64,000 bases of DNA from Promethearchaeia archaeon (GTDB lineage Archaea; Asgardarchaeota; Lokiarchaeia; Sigyniarchaeales; SOKP01), in the NCBI GenBank assembly GCA_036478875.1, contig JAZGEW010000068.1, positions 4 through 64,003 on the forward strand, in the 5' to 3' direction. The notes under the pieces were generated by a model, which saw nothing but the letters and a program-made list of their open reading frames with translations, was not told the DNA's origin and made no database searches. Positions 45,820 through 53,660 of the stretch are shown here, piece by piece. Each line of letters starts with the position of its first letter. The first letter of the stretch is position 1. The position numbers were made by a program, and so were the translations under genes.

Positions 45820-46827
45820 ATGTCAGAGAAAAAGGATATGAAAAAACGAGTTAAAGAATTTTTAAATGGTAATGAAAATGATTTTTATTCCCAAATTAAA
45901 GATAAGTCATATTTAGAATATCACTTCGGAGATATTGAAGAACAAGCAGACTTATTAAAGGACATAAATAAGTTACGAGAAATTGTTCATTTGTTTACTG
46001 ATAATTTTGATAAATTAGCAATTGGTACAGGAATGATTGATAAGGATTTATATCAACAAATAAACAACATTATAAAAGTTTCCTTTGAATTCAATACTAA
46101 AAAATTCTATATATTAGTGGGATTGTTTTTATCTCACATCGAAACAAAATACCCGTTCCATAAGTTAACGTACAATCTACTATTCATCCGAGAAAATTAT
46201 CCAGAATTTTACAAATTATTTAAAGAAACACCATTATCTGGACTACAAAACCAAATTGTCTCTACGCTATATAAATTGATTGAAGAAAAGCAAGAAGATC
46301 AATTTTATGACTATTTTTTTGATTGGGTACTTAAATTTGGTTACTTAATCGAAGCCTATGTGAAGGAAATTTTGATATTTCATCAAGGATTGGATTATCT
46401 TCTAAAAAATAAGAATTTTAATGAAATTAAAAAAAAGGATTTAACTGTAGGAAATCTAGTTAGGAATTTAAAGGCTGATAAGACAATCGCATTATATCGG
46501 AATTCAATATTCCATACAAGCTTTCTCCTACATTATAATATTAATCTTGAAGAGAAAAAGATTACTTTTCTAGATTTATATGGTAAATCTAAAATTATTA
46601 CCATAGAAGAGTTTATTGCAGGTTATTTTAAATTACTCAAGGTTGTATTTACTTACATCTGTGCAATAATATTCCATCCTTTTATCGTTTATAAAGAAAC
46701 AATCAAAACTTATTTAAAAAAGAAAATCGATCCTTTTCTCCGAGAATTAACTAAAATTGACAAGGATGATTTTATTAAGAAAATGAAAGAAATCCAAGAA
46801 GATCTCGATAAAAGATTTAACAAATAG
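45820..46827 (+). CDS. hypothetical protein with HEPN-like R-N-x3-H motif
   Basis: 335 aa, predicted all-helical. 'ALYRNSIFH' (46498-46515) matches the Rx4-6H HEPN RNase motif. Confidence 0.45.
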   Translation: MSEKKDMKKRVKEFLNGNENDFYSQIKDKSYLEYHFGDIEEQADLLKDINKLREIVHLFTDNFDKLAIGTGMIDKDLYQQINNIIKVSFEFNTKKFYILVGLFLSHIETKYPFHKLTYNLLFIRENYPEFYKLFKETPLSGLQNQIVSTLYKLIEEKQEDQFYDYFFDWVLKFGYLIEAYVKEILIFHQGLDYLLKNKNFNEIKKKDLTVGNLVRNLKADKTIALYRNSIFHTSFLLHYNINLEEKKITFLDLYGKSKIITIEEFIAGYFKLLKVVFTYICAIIFHPFIVYKETIKTYLKKKIDPFLRELTKIDKDDFIKKMKEIQEDLDKRFNK

Positions 46828-47093
46828 ACGATGTTATACTATAATCTATTTCTTTAAATTAGATCTCAGAATCGAAGGAAAGTCTACAACATTAAAGAAA
46901 TATTTGGATAATTTGTCAGCATCTGATATATTTGAGGAAAGGGAGGGGACAAGGCTTAAGGTTCGAAAAATTTTGTAGTTTCGCTTATTATAAATATAAT
47001 AGATATTGGTATTGATGAGCATGAAGTTTGTGGTTAATTGTGCTTGACGCTGAAAGTCTTTAATCTAATTAGGTTTTTGCTTCGCGACTGTAC

Positions 47094-47108
47094 GGGGGAC
47101 AAGCCCCC
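47094..47108. terminator. GC hairpin GGGGG-ACAAG-CCCCC between convergent genes
   Basis: It lies 20 nt downstream of the stop of the minus-strand gene 47128..48141 and downstream of the plus-strand gene ending at 46827. The stem is unusually GC-rich for this genome. Confidence 0.35.
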
Positions 47109-47127
47109 GCTATCTATAATTTAATGA

Positions 47128-48141
47128 CTACTCTAAAAATAATTTCTTAAGATCTTCTTGATCAGAATCTTCATTTAACACAAGTTCTAAAAAAGATAAC
47201 ATGAATTCAGACATTTCACTTTCTTTAGGGGAATACTCTTTCATACGTTCAGTCCGATATTTTATAATTTCTTTATCCCTCTTAGATTTAAAGATTGGTT
47301 TTAGTTTATCTTGAAAATTTTTAAGAAATTCAAATAACCCTATCATGAATATATTAGCTATATTTTGCTCGTTTAATTCCTCACCAATTTCAAGGTTGAG
47401 TTGTTCATGCTTTATTGGAAAATTATCTAAAAGCATATTAATAAAAAAATCCTTTAATTCAGGAGTCACATTTTGAAGTTTGTTAATTTTTTCAAGTGAA
47501 TCTTCGTCGAAAGCTTCCATACATTCTACTAAGCCTGATAGAGTCTTAATTAAGATTTCGAAATTTTCAGAATCTATTTGTTCGGGTTCGCCAAATTTCT
47601 TATAGACGTCTCTCTCAACTTGGAGATATGGAATTGCTTTTTCTAATTTAATTTTAAGACTTTCAGCATGTCTTTTAGTAATATGAGTAGGGCTTAAAAA
47701 GTTAGTCTTGGCGTTATTTAGAGACACATAGATACCATGAATCCGTAAATACCATAGATTTTCTGCTTTTTGTATTTCTTCTGAGAACTTATGTACTTCT
47801 GTTTTGTTTATCTTATTCTTACTTTGGAGTAATAGTTCATATAATTTGCTTAGATACCCGAATGGCTCTTGAGTTGTAAATAAACTTATTATATTTGGAA
47901 TAACAAGCTTTTTTCTATGATTAAGGAATTTTTCAAGCTTTTGTGGTTTGGGTGTATCATAATTCTTTAAAATAAAATATGCTACACCCATTTCTTCAAA
48001 GGCAGTTATAAAAGAAAAACAAGCATGCCCGTATGAGCCGTTTTCCATTAATAATTTTCCATCCTCATATAATTGAATAACATTTCCAATAGAAATATCG
48101 ATTCCCTTTTGCCACGTTTCTACATTCAAAAACTCACACAC
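47128..48141 (-). CDS. AbiV-like (HEPN-superfamily) abortive-infection-type protein
   Basis: 337 aa. The N-terminal 'NVIQLYEDGKLLMENGSYGHACFSFITAFEEMGVAYFILK...FLNHRKKL' resembles the AbiV-family helical domain. Confidence 0.4.
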   Translation of the reverse strand: MCEFLNVETWQKGIDISIGNVIQLYEDGKLLMENGSYGHACFSFITAFEEMGVAYFILKNYDTPKPQKLEKFLNHRKKLVIPNIISLFTTQEPFGYLSKLYELLLQSKNKINKTEVHKFSEEIQKAENLWYLRIHGIYVSLNNAKTNFLSPTHITKRHAESLKIKLEKAIPYLQVERDVYKKFGEPEQIDSENFEILIKTLSGLVECMEAFDEDSLEKINKLQNVTPELKDFFINMLLDNFPIKHEQLNLEIGEELNEQNIANIFMIGLFEFLKNFQDKLKPIFKSKRDKEIIKYRTERMKEYSPKESEMSEFMLSFLELVLNEDSDQEDLKKLFLE

Positions 48142-48300
48142 CTCAAACTTAATTTAATTATAAATCTGAAATTTTGCCTACTTAATATGATCATAAAAAT
48201 ATCAAGATATAAATAATACTGTCAACCTTAAAATTGAAATTAAAACTGGAAGATGAAGGATGGCTTAGTATGAATACCTTTAGTCCTTTTTAATTTTTGA

Positions 48301-48447
48301 TTATGAAATGGTGAAAATCTGGAGTTCATAATCTTTATCTGGGTTTATTTTACCTGAGCGAATATATTCAATGGGGATATTGAAATAATAGTTCTTTCCT
48401 TTCTTTGTGGGTTTTTTTATGAGCGTGGTAACTAATCTTGATTCCAT
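48301..48447 (-). CDS. small (48 aa) AbrB/SpoVT-like DNA-binding protein candidate
   Basis: Manual translation gives MESRLVTTLIKKPTKKGKNYYFNIPIEYIRSGKINPDKDYELQIFTIS. The 'yyfnIPieyir...i...d.eL.i' pattern resembles swapped-hairpin AbrB domains. It is divergent from the 48587 operon and below the ORF-track cutoff. Confidence 0.3.
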   Translation of the reverse strand: MESRLVTTLIKKPTKKGKNYYFNIPIEYIRSGKINPDKDYELQIFTIS

Positions 48448-48471
48448 AGTATACTATTAAGTAATATACTA
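48447..48471. promoter_or_regulatory. imperfect inverted repeat TAGTATACTA-ttaag-TAATATACTA at the divergent promoter region
   Basis: The 10-nt arms carry one mismatch. The repeat overlaps the start codon of the small minus-strand ORF and is followed by the TATA-like ACTATATATAT. Confidence 0.25.
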
Positions 48472-48586
48472 TATATATGTTTTGATATAATACACAAAAT
48501 CAACTGGGTCTAAGGAGATATAAGGGCAATAAATATTATTCTAAGTATAACACTTGATCTAACACTAATAAAAGATGTGAATCAAA

Positions 48587-48901
48587 ATGAGCATAATAGT
48601 TGGCAGAAAGCACGGGAATGGGTATCATGATAGTGTTTACTGCAGAATAAACGTTGAATATTCTGAGAAATTTAAGGATCTGCTAGACTATGAACAGCGT
48701 CAACTAAAAGAGCATTCGGGAGTCATTTATGAACGGGAATTTATAGCTTCGTGGATTAAAAGAATTTGTATTAAATGTCCTTTAACGTATCCTAGGAAAT
48801 ATTTGGAAAAACAAGGTAATATTTTTGTATGTCCAGAGTGCGGATTGAAAAAAATACCTAAAGGGGTAGCATATAGAGAGGGGAAGAAAGCAAATGGTTA
48901 A
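48587..48901 (+). CDS. zinc-ribbon protein, first gene of the island module
   Basis: 104 aa with 'CIKCPLTY...VCPECG'. It overlaps the next ORF by 8 nt. Confidence 0.45.
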   Translation: MSIIVGRKHGNGYHDSVYCRINVEYSEKFKDLLDYEQRQLKEHSGVIYEREFIASWIKRICIKCPLTYPRKYLEKQGNIFVCPECGLKKIPKGVAYREGKKANG

Positions 48902-49097
48902 AGTTACAATTCTGGAACGGAATAAGGACTTTCTTATAAAGGAAATAAGGTATAAAAAAGCCCGTTTTAATAGAAAATTCAGAGATAAAACAGTAATTTT
49001 AGCATATGTTAATGAGAACCTTAACAACATATTAAATAATAGAAATCTGAAAGAAATTGAGAATACCGATAAATTAACTAACTCCTTTTTTTTATAA
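48894..49097 (+). CDS. small basic hypothetical protein
   Basis: 67 aa and Lys/Arg/Asn-rich. It overlaps the upstream ORF, and its coding status is uncertain. Confidence 0.3.
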   Translation: MVKVTILERNKDFLIKEIRYKKARFNRKFRDKTVILAYVNENLNNILNNRNLKEIENTDKLTNSFFL

Positions 49098-49143
49098 CTT
49101 TTAATAAATTAATGAACAATGAAAATAAGAATTAAAAAAAGTC

Positions 49144-51483
49144 GTGATCAAAATTATGGATGTTTCAGTAAAAAATCAATGTAAGTATAAGCAGTGGTTA
49201 TTAAAAAAACCATTTCAAAAAGACTATGAAGATAAGCTATTGAACTTTTTAGACGATTATATTAAAAAGCTTACCCTTCCAGCGACTTACAAGAGATTAT
49301 CATTTACTATTTATAGAGATATTTTACATTCAATTGAGAGTACTCCTGAAGAGTCTAAATTTAATGTATTTTATGAAAATCTTGATATAATTAAAGGAGC
49401 TAGATATATATCAGCTTCCTTATTATTGCTTGCCCTTTTAAAAAATGAAATAACCATTAAACAGCAAGATTTAGCTCTATTGTTAAATTTAAATAATCAA
49501 TTTAATATTAGCAGAACTTTCAATAGTTTAATCACCTACTTAAAGCGACTCCCAAGCTATTCATACATTTATAGGTTTATTTCTGTTAGAAATCTATCGA
49601 AGCAGGAATATAAAAATGCATGTTTAGAAAATATTAATTATTTTTCTAATCTTTTAATTAGGCAAAATCTAATTAATGAAAATGAGGTTGATGCCATTGT
49701 ATTGTTGTTTACCACGCTTTATGATAAAATTATTGAAGAATTAAATAGTGTAATGCTAAAGCATCCTAAATATATAGCTTCTACAATTTGCTGGATTTAT
49801 TTAACCTATTATAAGGATTTTGATATCACAGGCACTCAATTTGTAAGCATAATTCATTTGAGAAAAGATACCAGATTTAAAGGAAACAACAAATTGACTG
49901 AAGATATACTTATAACCGATCCCCGATTATTATCAAAAATTAAGAACGATTTTATTCGAAAAATTTTCGAGTTAGATTTGAATTTATATAAATCTAAAGT
50001 AAAAACCTGCTTAGATGATTATATATTTAAAATAAAGCTTTGGTTTATTCACTCTTTTCCAAATAAAGTTCAACTCAAACATATTTTAAACCTGTTAGGT
50101 CAAAAGTTCTTGACAGAGAGTTTTGAATTATTTGACAGAGCAATTGAAAATGGGTTTCAAATAAATTATTTTGCTAAAACGAATAAGCATTATTACTATT
50201 TTCCGCAAACGATGGCACTTTCTTTAATTTTTTATACTTCAAGAAGCGATAAAGCCCTTCAAGAAATATTAAATGTCAAATTTTTCGAAGCGGTATTTAA
50301 ATCAGATCCGAGTCTGCTTTATTTTAAAAGATCTTTTAGGTATATTACTGAAAAGGAGAATCGCTTATATTCGTTCATTAAAGAGGAGATCGGACGATAT
50401 AAAGGACAAGTCTATTCAAAAGACTCATTTAAGAAAAAATTAACTCATGAGTTAAAACGATTTTATCATTTAGAAACTGATTTCTTGCTTAAACTATACA
50501 ATAAGACTAATCTTTCCCCTTTTGAATTCGGAAAAAAATTAAATATTCACAGCGGACGTGGGGTTACGAGTATTTTACAAGTGGTAGAGAACAAATCTAA
50601 ATTCACAGAACCAAAAACCTTTTTGAACATTAGGAAATTCATCATAAAGTATCTTGAACCTAAAGAACAAAAAAAAGCATTAATATGGCTGAAGAATATT
50701 AGAAATTTACGTTATAATGACTTTCGGCATGGAAGTATCACGTATTCTTTTAAATGGATTAGAACGAGATTTACCAAATTTTTAAATAATTCCCTCTATC
50801 GATACCTTTTTAAACTTTGGAAAGGGAATTATCCAAGGCATATTTTTGTAGATCCTAACAACACCCGTGCTTCAAATCTAAAATTTCACGGAACAAAAGA
50901 AGAACACGTTAAGACTGACATAATAGAGCAGTATTTTTATAATTTTCTTGAAATTTATGATTCTAATTATTATTTATGTCGTCATGCTAGAAGTGTATTT
51001 AGCCATTACAGAATCAATAAGATAGGTAAACAGCCAGATCATCCCCCTATTTTAAATTATATTCTATCCGAAGAAAAGAAAGCTTTAGCTATAGAGATTC
51101 CCGTATGGAAAGAAAGTAATAATCTTGGAAATACTGAATATTTTATTGGTCATATTGATTTGTTGTTAGTAGAGGGTGATACTTTAGTAATTGCTGATTA
51201 TAAGCCAAAATTACGGGAAATTTATAAATCCTTACTGCAAATTACCGCATATGCCATCTTCTTAAGAGATAGATTAGAAAATTACAGTGAAAATGCGAAT
51301 ATTAAGATAAAGTGTGTTGGTTTCACAAAAGATCAGGCAATCGAATGGAATCCAGAGACAATATTTCCTAAAATAATAGAATATGTTGAAAAAGAAAATG
51401 AAAACCGAAAAAATATTCTGTTAACCGCTAGTAGAAAAATTAAAAAAGATTTATTAAATGAATTAAGAAAAATAAAACAATAA
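49144..51483 (+). CDS. large helical-repeat protein with C-terminal RecB-family PD-(D/E)xK nuclease domain
   Basis: 779 aa, starting at GTG 49144 or ATG 49156. The C-terminal motifs are 'AIEIPV', 'GHIDLLLVEGDTLVIADYKPK' (51148-51210; D672 with D685-x-K687) and 'LLQITAYAIFL' (the QxxxY motif of RecB/Cas4-like nucleases). Confidence 0.6.
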   Translation: MIKIMDVSVKNQCKYKQWLLKKPFQKDYEDKLLNFLDDYIKKLTLPATYKRLSFTIYRDILHSIESTPEESKFNVFYENLDIIKGARYISASLLLLALLKNEITIKQQDLALLLNLNNQFNISRTFNSLITYLKRLPSYSYIYRFISVRNLSKQEYKNACLENINYFSNLLIRQNLINENEVDAIVLLFTTLYDKIIEELNSVMLKHPKYIASTICWIYLTYYKDFDITGTQFVSIIHLRKDTRFKGNNKLTEDILITDPRLLSKIKNDFIRKIFELDLNLYKSKVKTCLDDYIFKIKLWFIHSFPNKVQLKHILNLLGQKFLTESFELFDRAIENGFQINYFAKTNKHYYYFPQTMALSLIFYTSRSDKALQEILNVKFFEAVFKSDPSLLYFKRSFRYITEKENRLYSFIKEEIGRYKGQVYSKDSFKKKLTHELKRFYHLETDFLLKLYNKTNLSPFEFGKKLNIHSGRGVTSILQVVENKSKFTEPKTFLNIRKFIIKYLEPKEQKKALIWLKNIRNLRYNDFRHGSITYSFKWIRTRFTKFLNNSLYRYLFKLWKGNYPRHIFVDPNNTRASNLKFHGTKEEHVKTDIIEQYFYNFLEIYDSNYYLCRHARSVFSHYRINKIGKQPDHPPILNYILSEEKKALAIEIPVWKESNNLGNTEYFIGHIDLLLVEGDTLVIADYKPKLREIYKSLLQITAYAIFLRDRLENYSENANIKIKCVGFTKDQAIEWNPETIFPKIIEYVEKENENRKNILLTASRKIKKDLLNELRKIKQ

Positions 51484-51590
51484 TCCTCCACTAAATATTT
51501 AAGATAGTAAGGGGATTAAAATCGCAGAATAATAAATTAATTTAAAAATTTCTAATCTTTTTCAATATATAAGAATTAATTTTTAAAAAA

Positions 51591-52445
51591 GTGGTGAAAT
51601 TAGGAATGCCAAATGCAATATTTTTAGAAGAATACTCATTATATAGAAAATTTGACTATAATCTCCCTCCTATTGTAAGTTTTCCTAAGTTAAGTATTAA
51701 TATGAAATGTCATAATTGCAATGATAAAAGGACATTTATTGGTATGAATGCTTTTTACATAGAGCAAAGTGAAAATATTGATTGTGATCGGTATAGGGAA
51801 ACTAATAGGATGCCGAAAGAAAATAGTCATTATATTTTAAGATATGTTTGCGCTTCTTGTAAAAAGTTCGAACGTTTTTTCATATTAAGAGTTGGTAAAA
51901 ATTTAAAACAAATTTTGAAGATTGGTCAATATCCTCCAAGGGATATTACAATATCTAAAGATCTAGAAAAGATCATGGGTGTTTTTTCTGAGTATTATAA
52001 AAAAGGTTTAATTTGTGAATTTCAAGGTTATGGGATTGGTGCTAATGCTTATTTTAGAAGAATAGTTGAAGGAATTATTGATGATTTATTGGTACAAATC
52101 CCTGATCTAATGAGTGGTGAAGAAAGAGCCCTATATGAAAATGCTTTAGAAGAATCGAGAAAAGCAAAAAACACTCAGGAAAAAATTGCCTTAGTAAAAG
52201 ATTTACTCCCTCCTATTTTAATGCCAGAAAGATATAATCCTTTAAAGACGTTACATGAGGTATTAAGTAAGGGTATACATAACCTTACAGATGAAGAATG
52301 TTTGGAGAACGCTCAAATTATAAAAGACACGTTGATTTTCCTTATAAATAGCATTTTAAAAAGAAAGAAAGAGCAACAAGAATTTTCAGAAGGAATGAAA
52401 AAACTTTTAGAGAAGAAGAAAAAAACAACAGAAATTAAAAAATAA
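51591..52445 (+). CDS. zinc-finger protein with DUF4145-like (HEPN-related) C-terminal helical domain
   Basis: 284 aa, starting at GTG 51591 or ATG 51606. It has 'CHNC ... CASC' knuckles. 'GANAYFRRIVEGIIDDLL ... LHEVLSKGIHNLTDEE' resembles DUF4145. Confidence 0.45.
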   Translation: MVKLGMPNAIFLEEYSLYRKFDYNLPPIVSFPKLSINMKCHNCNDKRTFIGMNAFYIEQSENIDCDRYRETNRMPKENSHYILRYVCASCKKFERFFILRVGKNLKQILKIGQYPPRDITISKDLEKIMGVFSEYYKKGLICEFQGYGIGANAYFRRIVEGIIDDLLVQIPDLMSGEERALYENALEESRKAKNTQEKIALVKDLLPPILMPERYNPLKTLHEVLSKGIHNLTDEECLENAQIIKDTLIFLINSILKRKKEQQEFSEGMKKLLEKKKKTTEIKK

Positions 52446-52490
52446 AATAAGATATTAAAGAAACCTAAAACTAAACTTTAAAAAAATTCA

Positions 52491-53660
52491 ATGAAAATCT
52501 TAGTTCCTGATACAAATCTTTTACTTCATGGAAAATTCATTTCTGAGATTAAATGGAGATCTATCCTTAGAGAGAAAAAGATATGTATATTAATACCACA
52601 TATGATTTTAAAAGAATTAGATAAAGCTAAATATTCAAGCAATACAAATCGTAAAAAAAGAGCAAGGAAATTGATATCTTTTTTCAAGAAATATGAAAAT
52701 AATGAGGAACTTCAGAGGGAAATACCTTTATTCTTTTCTTCTAAAAAGATTAATTGGAGTGATCTCCCCTTGAATTATGATTATTTGCTAGATGAAAATG
52801 AAGCAGATCACCATATACTTGCTGAAATTATACAATATTTCCTTGATCGCTTAGATGATGTATATTTAATTACTGGAGATTTTACACTTTCCAAATTTAC
52901 TTTAGAATTAGGAATAAAGGTAATAGATTGGCTAGAGGATGAAAAATATAAAGATATATTTACACTAGGGGACGAAAAAAAAGAAAAAATGCCTAAACTT
53001 CCTGATTTAGGTTTGTTTTTTGATGAACAATCAGCCAAAGAGTTAACTCTTAAAGAAAAAGATAAAAAACCGAAATTATTGAGTCGTGATGAATTAACTG
53101 AACCTAATGTCCAATATGATATTAAATGGGAACTTGAACATCCAGGAGTTATTAACAATCTGATAAAGTGTTATAATGAGCAATTACTCTTAATCAATAA
53201 ACATCAAGAAATCAATTTATTTGTATTCAACCATTGTGATCACCCATATAATGATATTGACATTTATATTACAGCAACTTTAGAAAAAAATTTCGTATTT
53301 ACTGTGCAACAATTAATAAAATTGCCCCGTAAACCCATAATACCCGAATTAAATGTTAGTTATGTAGGTGATATTCCCTTAAGCCCTCAAGAAGGAATTT
53401 ACAACACTGGAAGTAGTAAAAGGACTATACTAAATAATCTCGGTATGAGAATAGAGTCAGAAGAGAAAGAAAAGCATACTATTTGGAAAGTTATTTATCA
53501 TATGGATCGAATTAAACATAATACATCTATGGAACTCCATCCCCTATTACTATTTATTCCCGATTCATATAAAACCAAAAAAATTCAAATTAAGATTGCT
53601 TATACTCACGAGGAGATAGGTACAATTAAAGCACAGATAAGAACCATTACTCTAGCTTAA
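52491..53660 (+). CDS. PIN-domain nuclease (YlaK/PhoH-associated PIN type) fused to an unknown ~230-aa C-terminal domain
   Basis: 389 aa. The acidic residues fall in the canonical PIN pattern: 'ILVPDTNLLLHG', 'LIPHMILKELDKAK', 'ENEADHHILAEI' and 'YLITGDFTLSKFTLELGIKV'. Confidence 0.6.
   Translation: MKILVPDTNLLLHGKFISEIKWRSILREKKICILIPHMILKELDKAKYSSNTNRKKRARKLISFFKKYENNEELQREIPLFFSSKKINWSDLPLNYDYLLDENEADHHILAEIIQYFLDRLDDVYLITGDFTLSKFTLELGIKVIDWLEDEKYKDIFTLGDEKKEKMPKLPDLGLFFDEQSAKELTLKEKDKKPKLLSRDELTEPNVQYDIKWELEHPGVINNLIKCYNEQLLLINKHQEINLFVFNHCDHPYNDIDIYITATLEKNFVFTVQQLIKLPRKPIIPELNVSYVGDIPLSPQEGIYNTGSSKRTILNNLGMRIESEEKEKHTIWKVIYHMDRIKHNTSMELHPLLLFIPDSYKTKKIQIKIAYTHEEIGTIKAQIRTITLA

Noticed and set aside
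46960-46968. GGTTCGAAA resembling a tRNA T-loop (possible tRNA fragment or att site)
   Set aside because: The flanking bases cannot form a T-stem, and no acceptor or anticodon arm can be drawn. I found no tRNA gene anywhere in the window.
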